This document shows positions 35,806-49,845 of a stretch of 64,000 nucleotides of DNA, piece by piece (the first letter of the stretch is position 1; each line of letters opens with the position of its first letter). Below the pieces are notes generated by a model. It worked only from the letters and a program-made list of their open reading frames with translations, was not told the origin of the DNA and made no database searches. This DNA comes from the human T2T-CHM13v2.0 reference genome, Homo sapiens. Location: the NCBI RefSeq assembly GCF_009914755.1, contig NC_060938.1, one strand, 5' to 3'. The position numbers and the translations under genes were made by a program.

Positions 35806-36840
35806 ATCAAATGGTAGTTCTACTTTTAGTTCTTTAAGGAATCTCCACACTGTTTTCCATAGTGGTTCTACTAGTTTACATTCCTACCAGCAGTGTAGAA
35901 GTGTCCTCTGATCACTGCATCCACACCAACATCTAATGGTTTTTGGTTTTTTGATTATGGCCATTCTTGCAGGAGTGAGGTGGTATCACACTGTGGTTTT
36001 GATTTACATTTCTCTGATCATTGGTGATGTTGAGCATTTTTTCATGTGTTTGTTGCCCATTGGTATATCTTCTTTTGAGAATTGTCTATTTATGCCCTTA
36101 GCCCACTTTTAGATGGGATTTTTTATTTTCTATTTTTTGCTAATTTTTTTGAGTTTGTTGTATATTTTGGATATATATTAGTTCTTTGTCAGATGTATAG
36201 ATTGTGAAGATTTTCTCCCACTCTGTGGGTTGTCTGTTTACTCTGCTGACTGTTCCTTTTGCCATGCAAAAGCTCTTTACCAGCTATGTATCTTTGCTTT
36301 TATTGCATATGTTTTGGGATCTTGGTCATGAAATCCTTGCCTAAGCCAACGTGTAGAAGGGTTTTTCTGATGTTATCGTCTAGAATTTTTATAGTTTCTT
36401 AGATTTAAGTCCATAATCCATGTTGATTTGATTTTTGTGTAAGGTGAGAGATGAGGATCCAGTTTCATTCTCTTACATGTGGCTAGCCAATTATCCTAGC
36501 ACCATTTCTTGAAAAGGGTGTCCTTTCCCCACTTTATGTTTTTGTTTGCTTGTTGAAGATCAGTTGGCTAAGTATTTGGGTTTATTCCTGGTTTCTCTAT
36601 TCTGTTGCATTGGCCCGTGTGCCTATTTTTATACCAGTACCATGCTGTTTTGGTGATTGTGGCCTTATAGTATAGTTTCAAATCAGGTAGTGTGATGCCT
36701 CCAGGTTTGTTCTTTTTGCTTAGTCTTGCTTTGGCTATGCGGGCTCTTTTTTGGTTTCATATGAATGTTAGAATTTTTTTTTTCTAATTTGGTGAAGAAT
36801 GATGGTGGTATTTTGAATGGGGATTGGGTTGAATTTGTAG

Positions 36841-37308
<468 letters not shown>

Positions 37309-40300
37309 TAGTTTTCCTTGTAGAGGTCTTTCACCTCCTTGGTTAGGTGGATTCCTAAGTATTTTATTTTATTTTTTTTGCAGCTATTTTAAAAGGAGTT
37401 GAGTTTTTTATTTGATTCTCTGTTTGGTTGCTGTTTGTGTGTAGAAGAGCTACTGATTTGTGTACATTAATTTTGTATCCAGATACTTTGCTGAATTCTT
37501 TTATCAGTTCTAGGAGCTTTCTGGAGGAGTCTTTAGGGTTTTTGAGGTAAACGATCATATCATCAGCAAACAGTGACATTTTGACTTCCTCTTCAACTAT
37601 TTGGATTCCGTTTTTTACTTTCTCTTGTCTGATTAATGTGGCTAGGACTTCGTGGTGAGAGTGGGTATCCTTGTCTTGTTCCAGTTCTTAGAGGGAATGC
37701 TTTCAACTTTTCCCCATTCAGTGTTATGTCGGCTGTGGGTTTGTCATAGATGGCTTTTATTACATTGAGGTGTGTCCCTTGTATGCCCATTTTGCTGAGA
37801 GTTTTAATCATAAAAGTTGCTGGATTTTGTCAAATGCTTTTTTTGCATCTATTGAGATGATAATGTGATTTTTGTTTTTAATTCTTTTTATGTGAGGTAT
37901 CACATTTATTGACTTGTGTATGTTAAACCATCCCTGCATCCCTGGTATGAAACCCACTTGATCATGGTGGATTATGTTTTTGATAATGTTGTTGGATTTG
38001 GTTAGCTAGTATTTCGTTAGGGATTTTAGCATCGATGTTCTTCAGGGATATTGGTCTGTAGTTTTCTTTTATGGTTATGTCCTTTCCTGGTTTTGGTATT
38101 AGGGTGATGTTGGCTTCATAGAATGAATTAGGGTTGGTTCCCGGTTTCTCTATCTTGTGGAATAGTATCAATAGGATAGGTATAAATTCTTCTTTGAATG
38201 TCTGGTAGAATTCAGCTGTGAATCTGTCTGGTCCTGGACTTTTTTCTGTTGTTAATTTTTAAATTACTGTTTCAGTCTTGCTGCTTGTTATTGGTCTGTT
38301 CAGGGTATGTATTTTTTCCTGATTTAAGGTAGGAGGGTTGTATCTTTCCAGGGAATTATCCATCTCTTCTAGGTGTTCTAGTTTATGCACATTAAGGTGT
38401 CCGTAGTAGCCTTGAATGATCTTTTATATTTCTGTGGTGTCAGTTGTAGTATCTCCCGTTTCATTTCTTATTAAGCTTATTTGGATTTTTTGTCTCCTTT
38501 TCTTGGTTAATCTTGCTAATGGTCTATCAATTTTATTTATCTTTTCAAAGAATCAGCTTTTTGTTTCATTTATCTTTTGTATTTTTTTGTTTGTTTCAAT
38601 TTCATTTAGTTCTGCTCTGATCGTGGTTATTTCCTTTCTTCTGCTGGTTTTAGGTTTGGTTTCTCTTTGTTTGTCTAGTTCCTTGAGGTGTGACATGAGA
38701 TTGTCAGTTTGTGCTCATTCAGTCTTTTTGATGTAGGTGTTTAGGGCTATGAACTTTCCTGTTAGCACTGCCTTTGCTGTATTCCAGAGGTTTTGATAGG
38801 TTGTGTCACTATTGTAGTTCAGTTCAAATAATTTTTAAATTTCCATCTTGATTATATTTTTGACCCAGTGATCATTCAGGAGCAGGTTATTTAATTTCCA
38901 TGGATTTGCATGGTTTTGAATGTTTCTTTTGGAGTTGATTTCCAGTTTTATTCTGCTGTGGTCTGAGAGAGTGCTTGATATAATTTCAGTTTTCTTAAAT
39001 GTATTGAGGCTTGTTGTTTTGTGGCATATCATATGGTCTATCTTGGAGAAAGTTCCATGTGCTGTTGAATAGAATGTGTATTCTGCAGTTGTAGAATGGA
39101 ATGTTCTATATATCTATATATATATAGATATATCTGTTAAGTCTGTTTGTTCCAAGGTATAGTTTAAATTGATTGTTTCTTTGTTGACTTTCTGTCTTGA
39201 TGACCTGTCTAGTGCTGTCAGTGGAGTATTAAAGTTCCCCACTATTATTGTGTTGCTGTGTATTTCATTTCTTAGGTCTATTAGTAATTGTTTTATAAAT
39301 TTGGGACCTCCAGTGTTAGGTGCATATATGTTTAGGACTGTGATGTTTTCCTGTTGGACAAGGCCTTTTACCATTATATAATGTCCCTCTTTGTCTTTTT
39401 TAATTGCTGTTGCTTTGAAGTTTGTTTTGTCTGATACAAGAATAGCTACTCCTGCTGGCTTTTGGTGTGCATTTGCATGAAATGCCCTTTTCCAACCTTT
39501 TACTTCATGTGAGTCCTTAAGTGTTAGATGAGTCTCTGGAAGGCAGCAGATGGTTGGTGAATTCTTATCCATTCTGCAGTTCTTTCTGTCTTTCAGATGG
39601 AGCATTTAAGCTATTTACATTCAGTGTTAGTAGTGAGATGTGAGGTACCATTTGATTCATCATGCTATTTGTTGCCTGTGTACCTTGGTTTTTTGTTTTG
39701 TTTTGTTTTGTTTGCTTTTTAAATTGTATTTTTTATAGGTCATGTGAGATTTATGCTTTAAATAAGTTCTGTTTTGATATTTTTCCAGGAATTGTTTCAA
39801 GATTTAGAACTTCTTTTAGCAGTTCTTGTAGTGGTGGCTTGGTAGTGACGAATTTTCTCGGCAGTTGTTTGTCTGAAAAAGATTATATCTTCATGTATGT
39901 TGCTTAGTTTCAGTGGATACAAACTTCTTGGCTGAGAATTGTTTTGTTTGAGGAGGCTGAAGATAGGACCCCAATCCCTTCTAGCTTGTAGGGTTTCTGC
40001 TGAGAAATCTGTGGTTAATCTAAGTTTCCCTTTATAGGTTACCTGGTGCTTTTGTCTCACAGCTCTTAAGATTCTTTCCTTCGTCTTAACTTTGGCTAAC
40101 CTGGTGACAATATGCCTAGGCGATGATCTTTTTGTGATAAATTTTCCAGGTGTTCTTTGTGCCTAGGTCTCTAGCAAGACTGGGGAAGTTTTCCTTGATT
40201 ATTCCCCAAAATATGTTTTCCAAGCTTTTAGAATTCTCTTCTTCCTCAGGAACACCGATTATTCTTAGGTTTGGTCGTTGAGCATAATCCCAGACTTCTC

Positions 40301-41241
40301 TGAGGCTTTGTTCATATTGTCTTATTATTTTTTCTTTGTCTTTGTAGGATTGAGTTCATTTGAAGACCTTGTCTTCGAGCCCTGAATTTCTTTCTTCTAC
40401 TTGTTCCATTCTATTGCTGAGACTTTCCGGAGCATTTTGCATTTCTATAAGTGTGTCGTATGTTTCCTGAAGTTTTGATTGTTTTTTTATTTATGCTGTC
40501 TATTTCATTGAATATTTCTTCTTCACTTCTTATATCATTTTTTTTTATTTCCTTGCATTGGGCTTCGCCTTTCTCTGGTGCTTCCCTGATTAGCTTAATA
40601 ACTAATCAATAATCTTCAGAATTCTTTTTCAGGTAAATCAGGGATTTTTTCTTGGTTTGTATCAATTGATGGTGAGCTAGTGTGATTTTTGGGGGGTGTT
40701 AAATAAGCTTGTTTTGTCATAGTACCAGAGTTGGTTTTCTGGTTCCTTCTCATTTGGGTAGGCTCTGACAGAGGGAAGATCTAGGGCTGAAGTCTGTTAT
40801 TCAGATTCTTTGGCCCACAGGGGTTTCCCTTGATATAGTACTCTTCCCCTTTTCCAATGGCTGTGGCTTCCTGAGAGCCAAGCTGCAGTGATGGTTATCT
40901 CTCTTCTTGGTCTAGCCATCTACCGCGCCTACCCGGCTCCAGGCTTGTACTAGGGGTTGTCTGCACAGAGTCCTGTGATGTGAACCGTCTATGGGTCTCT
41001 CAGCCGTGGATACCAGCAGCTGTTCCAGTGGAGATGACAAGGGGGTAAAATGAACTCTGTGAGGGGTCTTAGCTTTGGTGGTTTAATGCTCTATTTTTGT
41101 GCTGGTTGGCCCCCTGCCAGGAGGTGGTGCTTTCCAGAGAGTATCAGCTGTGGTAGTATGGGGAGGAACCAGAGGTGGGTGGGGCCCTAGAATGCCCGAG
41201 TGTACACCCTTTGTGTTCAGCTACCAGGGTGGGTAGGGAAG

Positions 41242-41939
41242 TGTGTCCGGAATTGGTTCCTTCCAGTGGGTTCTTGGTCTCACTGACTTCAAGAATGAAG
41301 CTGTGGACCCTCGCAGTGAGTGTTACAGTTCTTAAAGATGGTGTGTCTGGAGTTTGTTCCTTCAGATGTTCAGATGTGTCTGGAGTTTCTTCCTTCTGGT
41401 GGGTCTCGCTGACTTCAGGAATGAAGCCGCAGACCTTTGTAGTGAGTGTTACAGTTCTTAAAGGTGGCACGTCCGGAGTTGTTTGTTCCTCCCGATGGGT
41501 TCGTGGTCTCGCTGACTTCAGGAATAAGCCACAGACCCTCGTAATGAGTGTTACAGCTCATAAAGGTAGTGCGGACCCAAACAGTGAGCAGCAGCAAGAT
41601 TTACTGTGAAGAGCAAAAGAACAAAGCTTCCACAGCGTGGAAGGGGACCCCAGTGGGTTGCTGCTGCTGGCTCAGGTGGCCAGCTTTTATTCCCTTAGTT
41701 GGCCCTGCCCATGTCCTGCTGATTGGTCCATTTTACAGAGTGCTGATTGGTGCGTTTACAATCCTTTAGCTAGACACAGAGTGCTGATTGGTGTGTTTTT
41801 ACAGTGTGCTGATTGGTGCGTTTACAATCCTTTAGCTAGACACAGAGTGCTGATTGGTGCACTTACAATCCTCTAGCTAGACAGAAAAGTTCTCCAAGTC
41901 CCCACTCGACCCAGGAAGTCCAGCTGGCTTCACCTCTCA
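41242..41939 (-). mobile_element. Solo LTR12 (ERV9 LTR, short LTR12/LTR12F-like variant)
   Basis: Minus strand begins TGAGAGGTGAAGCCAGCTGGAC and ends ...ACA; 4-bp TSD GAAG (41238-41241 / 41940-41943); five CCAATCAGC motifs; triplicated U5 repeat. Confidence 0.93.
41684..41860 (-). promoter_or_regulatory. Putative ERV9 LTR promoter: five CCAAT (NF-Y) boxes plus AATAAAA TATA-equivalent
   Basis: gctgattgg five times between about 41718 and 41857; cagcttttattccc at 41681-41694. Confidence 0.6.
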
Positions 41940-43399
41940 GAAGGACCATCAGGTGGGGGCAGGGCCCAGGATGTCTGAGCTCAGACTCTCCTTGGGCAGG
42001 TCTTGCTGCAGCTGCTGTGGGGGATGGGGGTGAGGTTCCCAGGTCAATGGAGTTGTGTACCTAGGAGGATTATGGCTGCCTCTCACACGTCCTTCAGGTT
42101 GTCAGGGAATTTGGGGAAAGCCGGCAGTCACAGGCCTCACCCAGCTCCCACGCAATCCACAGGGGTGGTCTCTCCCACCATGCCCCTGCTAGCAGCACCA
42201 AGTCTGTTTCCAGGCAGTGGGCAAGCAGGGCTGAGAACTTGCACCAGGCTACCTGCTTCCCATCTGTGAAAGAAAGTAGGGCTTTAATTTTCCTGTTCAA
42301 GTTGTTACCAAGATCAGCTGGAGATTTCCTTCTCCCTGTGGCATTTTCCCAGTGCCTCTGGCCGCCCTCCAGAAAGATCCCTGTAATGCCAGACAGGAAT
42401 GGCTTGCTTGTGGACCCAGAAAGCTCACAGGACTTTTTCCTCTGATGCCTCTATCCGTGTATTTCGCTTGGCTGTCTAAATTGACTCAGCTCCAGGTAAG
42501 GTCAGAATCTTTTCCCATAAACTAGACATTAAGTTTCCCCAGTGAGGATGTGTGTTCGGGGGCTGAGAATCTCCCTTTCCCACTTTCTCAGTTTGGGCAG
42601 TCACATTATCTCAGGTGTCTCCTGGGTCCTGCAGGAGCGGTCCTCTTTCTTCAGAGGGTCTGTGGGTCCTCTCGGGTTTCCTGATTTATTCCTGCAGTCG
42701 TTCTGTAGCCAAAATTCACCGTGTGAACCTCCACACGCTGCTCTGTTCATCCCAGTCAGAGCTGCCATGTAGTCCTGCCTCCCATCCACCATGACAGCCA
42801 ATCTCCCTGCTGCACAAATTTGTGAAAAACGTATATTCCCATGTCATGGTGAAGAGATTCTGATTCATTAACATAAGGATGAGACCCAGAAATAGATGTT
42901 TTTAGGAAACATCATAGATAACCTGATAAATAACATATTTTCAGAAATTTTCTATGGGTTTCAAAAAGTGTAATAGTTGCACTATGGTGGTAATAACTGA
43001 TACATTCAGGTACTACTAGTGACCATGTAAATCATAAAACTTTGGAAACAAATTTGCCATTTTCTAAAGAGTTATTAAAATGTTATATAATTTGATTCAA
43101 TTATCTTATTTTTTATTGTTTTTTGTAAGGCAGTAATCTAGAAGGTTATTTTAATTTATACATTATTTCCAAGATTTTGATATTAAAAGTGACATAGAAT
43201 CTAAATTATTGTTTATCTGCTCAATGGATCATTATATAACCATTAAATTTTATAATTATGAATACTGTAGTATCAGGGAAATAAAAGGTAGATAAAAAGC
43301 ATAAATCTCATTTATTTGTACAGTACATTTTCAATTGTCTAAAGATTGTCTAAAAATAAAGAGTAAAGGAATATGTTCAAATTTAAAGTAGTTGGTTTT

Positions 43400-43604
43400 G
43401 GCCAAGTGTGGCAGCTCACTCCTGTAATCCCAGCAAAATGAGAAGCTGAGATGGGCAGATCACATGAGACCAAGAGTTCGAGACCAGCCTGGCCAACACG
43501 GCGAAACCCCGTCTCTACTGAAAATACAAAAATTTGCTGGGGGTGGTTGTGCACATCTAAAATTTCAGCTACTTGGGAGGCTAAGGCATGAGAATCACTT
43601 GAAC
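43400..43604 (+). mobile_element. 3'-truncated Alu
   Basis: Left arm plus start of right arm, ending abruptly at GAGAATCACTTGAAC. Confidence 0.85.
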
Positions 43605-43845
43605 ATACTTCTTGAATAAAGAAGTCACTTCCTGGACTCTAAGCCAAGAGTCTAAGCCAAATATCAGACCAGTTTTTCCAGGGGGCCTTATTAGCATTCA
43701 TTTGTTAAAGTCAACCTTAGTTTCTTAAAGCTGACCATCATATCTAATTTTGCACATCATACTCACTAATGGTTTCCAGATTCTGGAGGAATCAAGTAGA
43801 GAGAAAAAGTAATTATTTCAATTTTATTTATAAAAATATAATCTA

Positions 43846-44010
43846 GGCCAGGCATGGTGGCTTATGCCTGTAATCTCAGCATTTTTGGAGTCCAACGCAA
43901 GTGGATAGCTTGAGCCTAAGAGTTCAAGGCTGCAGTGAGCTATGATCACACCGCTGCACTCTTGCCTTATTGATGGAGAGAGATGCTGTCTCTTTGTAAA
44001 AAACAGAAAA
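43846..44010 (+). mobile_element. FLAM/FRAM monomer
   Basis: ggccaggcatggtggcttatgcctgtaatc...gctgcagtgagctatgatcacaccgctgcactc. Confidence 0.8.
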
Positions 44011-44780
44011 ACATAACCTACCACATTGCGGTAAACTATAAATATCCTAAGAGAAAATGCTTTTCTTAAATCTGGAAGCCAAAGCACAAAAGAGCCAGCA
44101 AAATTTTGAAGAAAAGGTTATTAAATAATTATAATCACCCTTTTCAGTTTATTTAGTCAAATCTAATTAAGTCTTATTCTGCTGTATCTTGGCTTGGCAA
44201 TTTTATGAGCTCATCAGTTGCTTTATTAGAGTTGTGGAAATTCTTACCCAGTCCAATGGTATGATCTTAAAGTTATCAGAAACCTTTATTCTGTAGCACT
44301 TTTCAGAGCCTTTTCCATTAGACACTTTGGCCTATATCAGATTGTAAATGCTTTCAGAGAAGAATCAAAGTAAAACAATAAATTGAGAATGACAAAAGGC
44401 TTAAAATCACCATAAAGATCTGATGAGAGTTTATTTGCTAAGGAAATTTATTTATTGCTGTGGCTAATGATATTTTAACATAATAATTGGAATTGTGACT
44501 GGTAACATTATGCCAAACCTATCATGAATAACATATTGACAAATTTCTATCAACTTTATATAACTCCTGAAACACTTATATTAATAACATATATCTATAT
44601 ACATATAACCTAAAGAAGATATAGCATCAGTTCTTATTTGACAGTACTTCCTCTGTAATTTAACAAATCAAACTAATTAACATAACATCTCTCTTTTACA
44701 AGGCAAGAGACAAATCCTTTGATATTTTCCAGGAACCCTCTGGGAACTCTCAATGTTAATTTAAAGTCAAAGATACGTTA

Positions 44781-45162
<382 letters not shown>

Positions 45163-45330
45163 CTAGAATCACACATCATTATAAAACAATACTTATATAT
45201 AAGTATTGTTTATTACTTTATTACTTATAAACAAAGTAATAAAATATTTTATAAGCACATATAGAAGTTACATAGTTGTAAATAAAACTGAGTACTTTTA
45301 ACATTGAAAGGATTCCGCTTTTTTAAGTAA

Positions 45331-45398
45331 TCAAAATAACTGATAAAGGTAACATGAAATTGTTCAAAATAACTGATAAAGGTAACATGAAATTGTTC
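45331..45398. repeat. Perfect 33-bp tandem duplication
   Basis: tcaaaataactgataaaggtaacatgaaattgt twice (45331-45363, 45364-45396). Confidence 0.95.
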
Positions 45399-45561
45399 TA
45401 ACATACAAAACCTTGATTTTCTAGGCAGATTACTTAAAAACTGGGGGAAAACCCTTTCACGATATCGTTATCAAGAGCAGACAGGTAATCCAAGAAAAGT
45501 ATGTCATTTTAACAGAGAACACAGAATTCTAATATGGCATGTGTTCTATTAATACTAAGGC

Positions 45562-45870
45562 TTTGTTTGTTTGTTTTTTGTTTTTAAGAGACAAGGTCTC
45601 ACTCTCTGTTGTCCAGGCTGGAGTGCAGTGTAGCTATCATAGCTCACTGCAGCCTCAAACTCCTGGGCTCAAGTGATCCTCCCACCTCATCCTTTTGAGT
45701 AGCTAGGACTACAAGGATATGCCGCCATGCACAGCTAATTTGCCTAATTTTTGTGGAGATGGGGTCTCACTGTGTTGCCCAGCCTGGCTTGAACTCCTGG
45801 CTTCAAGTGATCCCCCCACCTCTAATGCTCAAATTGCTGGGATTACAGGAGTGAGCCACCATGCCTGGCC
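45562..45870 (-). mobile_element. AluJ
   Basis: ATCATAGCTCACTGCAGCCTCAAACTCCTGGGCTCAAG; TSD actaaggctt/actaaagctt. Confidence 0.9.
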
Positions 45871-46189
45871 ACTAAAGCTTATTAAAAAACAACAACAACA
45901 AAATACTTTTGACTAAATCTGTCCAATCTTAGCCAACTCTACCACACAAAATAAGATCCTGTTTCCAAGATTACTTTTCCACAAACCTGTAGTTTTAAAA
46001 AATATATTCAGTTTTTGTCCTGTTCTTTTTTCTCTTTCTCTTTGGCACAACCAGTCATTCTTACTTTAGGACAAAGTGACACTCTTTTTCCCTTAACAAA
46101 CCCACATCCTTCATTCTTTTCCTCATCAAAAAACACATTCTACTTCCCTTGAATACTTTGCATATAGGGTTTTTTCCTGATTAGATTTT

Positions 46190-46325
46190 TTTGTGTGTGT
46201 GACAGGGTCTCACTCTGTCGCCCAGGCTTGATTGCAGTGGCACAATCGTAGATCACTGTAACTTTGCACTGCTGGGCTTAAGCATACCTCCACAACCAAC
46301 TAATTTTTTAATTTTTTGTAAAGAG
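46190..46325 (-). mobile_element. Partial, internally deleted AluJ
   Basis: gacagggtctcactctgtcgcccaggc...ctaattttttaattttttgtaaag. Confidence 0.7.
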
Positions 46326-46362
46326 TTCTCTGTTGTAAAGACTCATCTACTTGTAAAGACGA

Positions 46363-46535
46363 GTTATAAAAAGTTTATAACCTTTTATGAATATAATTTA
46401 TAAAAGTTTATAACTTTATAAATATAAACTTTTATAAATTATATTTATAAAAGGTTATAACCTTTTGGTTATAAAAGGTTAACCTTTTGGTTATAACCTT
46501 TTATAAATATTATTTATGAAAGTTTATAAGTTAAC
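46363..46535. repeat. AT-rich quasi-palindromic low-complexity block
   Basis: 22-bp perfect inverted repeat 46441-46462 / 46489-46510 plus internal palindromes. Confidence 0.85.
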
Positions 46536-47107
46536 GTGCTTTCATCTATTTAATTCACTTTTAATAATTATGCTTGGATTGCTCATGAAAATTTCATGAG
46601 ACACTGCTCAAAGGTAGATATTCTCTTAAATTTTGTTGTTGACAAATCAGACAAGTATCTAAAATATCACAGAAGCAAAAATCCTAATAAACAAAAACCT
46701 TGTTTTTGCCTTTTTAAAGTGTATACATCAATTCATTTTTATTGTACATTTGATTCTTAGGTTGCATTTATAGTTTTATTCTCATAAATATCTGGTAGAG
46801 ATAGCATAAGTTTGTTTGATGAGTAAACCTAAGTGGAAAACAATTATATGTCGTATTATGTTTAATGCTGACAACTCTGACAACATTCCTGTTTTTATTT
46901 TACCAACAATCTTTAAACCAGTTTTATTTACCAAAGATTATCCCAGATCACATGAACCTAAAATAATTAGGTTAGTTTTCATATTTTTGAGAGTTTTAGG
47001 AATACCTAGTTTATACAAGCACTGATTTTTCTTTACATCAATTAAATGGAGCCCTTTTGTATAATTTTCTATCTGGAGATAGAAAAATATCACAAATCTA
47101 TGTCATG

Positions 47108-47110
47108 CAT

Positions 47111-47149
<39 letters not shown>
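47108..47149. repeat. (CA)n microsatellite
   Basis: catacata followed by about 17 CA units. Confidence 0.95.
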
Positions 47150-47154
<5 letters not shown>

Positions 47155-48042
47155 ATTCAAATAAAGATCTTACAGGTTTCATTTGAAAATTTCTGCAATG
47201 AGTCAATAAAACATAGTAATGTGAACTCAACTGGTTTATATAAAATCTTGTCTTTTCGCCAGCTTATACTTTTATTCAATTTGTGATTCTGGCATATGGG
47301 ACAAATCGAGGTTAGCTACTCAATATGAGGACCAGTGCTTTTCACCAATATTTGGGGAGGGTTTTTTTTTAAGATTTTAATTGCCCTTCTGATAGGTAAT
47401 TTTTTTTATTTTTCTTTTTCCACAACAAATTCAGATCTTCCAATCATAAGTAGTATAATGGCAGCTGTGGACAAAACTTCAGACAAGTGACTAAGGAGAC
47501 ATCTAGCAGCTGTTCAGTTTTCTCCAAACTCTGTCTGAGAAAATACAATACCCAATCTATTTCCAATTAGCCTTTCTTTTTTATTTTTCAGCAGACCCCC
47601 TGAAGCCCTTGAGAACTGAGATTCCTAAAGTTCAAGTTACTGAGGGGCTGGAGTGGGAAGGGAAAATGTCTAACAGGGGTAGATAGAGGGATGCAGGAGG
47701 TAGGGGCTTGGAGAGAGGAATATCAAGGATTCAAGGGATGTGCCTTTCCTTCAGGTATAGGTAGGGTACCTCTTACATGAGAGTCTTAAAATCTGCTTCA
47801 GAGGAATGCCATTAAGTCCTTCCTACACGTGATTTCTCACATGCCTTCAGCTTAGAATATTCAGTATACCAACTGAATATTTTGTGATAGCATGTACTGA
47901 ACTCTTCATTAGTTAAAAGTTGCTAAAGTTTAAGGAAGAGAGCATTTAATTCTCACCCTATCATATTAAAAATTGTATTTGAATACCCTGAACGTAGAGA
48001 AAAAGCTGGGCCCAGAACTAAAATAATATCAGGGTACCTGAT

Positions 48043-48395
48043 ATTGGAATTTTGAACTGAATTGTGTCTCCTCCAAATTTATATGTTGATGCACTGATTG
48101 CCAGTGTGACTGTGTCTGGTCTTTAGGAGGTAATTAAGGTTACATGAGATCATAAAAGTGTGGCTCTTCTTATAGGGCCACAGTCTTAATGCAATAGGAC
48201 GGTGGCCTTATAACAAGAATACAGACTCACCTCCTTCTCTTCCTCATGACAACACTGCAAGAAGATGGCTGTCTTTGAGCCAGGAAGAAAGCCCTCATCA
48301 AAACCTGGCCATGCTGGCACCCTGATATTGGACTTTTGTTATGTAATCCACCCAGTGTATGTATTTTATTACAGCAGCCCTACCTGATTAACACA
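48043..48395 (+). mobile_element. MLT1A/B-type MaLR solo LTR
   Basis: actgaattgtgtctcctccaaatttatatgttga...ggtctttaggaggtaattaaggtt...acagcagccctacctgattaacaca. Confidence 0.75.
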
Positions 48396-48596
48396 TCTGC
48401 CAAGCTGAAATGTTGGACACCTGTCAAGTTTAAGGTGTATGTAATTGCTTTCTTCAGTCTTGATATAGATAGGTCTTTATTTAGTTCTAATCTTTTTTTC
48501 CCTTCATATTTGTTGCCCTCACTGGAAAACAGTATGTTTTATGTAGCAGTAAGAGCCTTGTAAATAATGTTTTTCAAGTGAGGACAGGACAGATAG

Positions 48597-48827
<231 letters not shown>

Positions 48828-49845
48828 TGACAGATAGTTTTAGTTGCCCCCTTCCTATGAAAATACAGAATACTGAATCCAGTTTTTGTGTATTCAATTA
48901 AAATTCCACTAATGCTTCAGCTTTTTTAACAAGAAAATATTTCTGTTTTGAATGTTTAACACAGAGTCACAAGATAGTCATGTATGCATGCCTGGTATTG
49001 AAAAAATCAGTAAAAAACTGATAACTTACTGACTATCCAAATTGTTACTATACTTTGATGTTTGTATTGTACCATGATGATAAATCTGGTCCTTAGCATA
49101 GTAATTGTTATTTTCATAATCTCTAAATCAGTTTCTTCTGGGTTCTGAGATCCAAAAAGATGAAACAAAGACTAATTGTTGACTGAAAGAAATATAAGTA
49201 ACAGCTACTGCTAACACATTTTAAAATTAGAATGCATAAATTAACAAATAGTGCCAAAAAGTAAACACTTTTTTGCAAGGCAAATCATATGCCTTATCTA
49301 CTCCCGTTCAAATTAATAAAAATACACTATTTATAAACATGTACTACTGTACTTTCCTTTTAGCTTTATTTCAGAAAAATGTGGAATAATTTACACTTCC
49401 ACCTCTCAGGATGCTGTCAGCAGTAGCATAATAGCAAAAGTAGAAGCATTTTGAAATTTAAAAAAGGCAGAAATTAATTAAATTTAAAACAAATTAAAAT
49501 TAAAATATGGTGGCATTATAAAGATGTGTTCTGATAAAAGTCTAGTATATTTTACTATTTTGAGAAGCAAATCAACTCATTTATGAATCCTTTTAATATT
49601 TTTCTGTATTTAATTGCATTTGCTAGAGCAGTCTTCTTCTAGGGATGTTTAAGATCCCTTTACTATTAATAGCTGGAAAATGAATAGTCAGAGTACTGAT
49701 TGATGATATGATGATTTTAGACTATTATTATTTTGCATTTATATAGCATATTGCCTCATATGTATTCAAATATTTCATAAAAGCAGTTATCAGAATAACA
49801 AAGTCTGTATTTGCACACAAGTATTACAAACAATTTAAAGATACA

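Noticed and set aside
39108-39133. 26-bp perfect palindrome atatatctatatatatatagatatat
   Set aside because: Low-complexity TA expansion within L1; palindromy is largely trivial.
41144-41876. ORFs and tandem repeats within LTR12
   Set aside because: The U3 CCAAT repeats and U5 triplication are normal LTR12 architecture; the ORFs are incidental.
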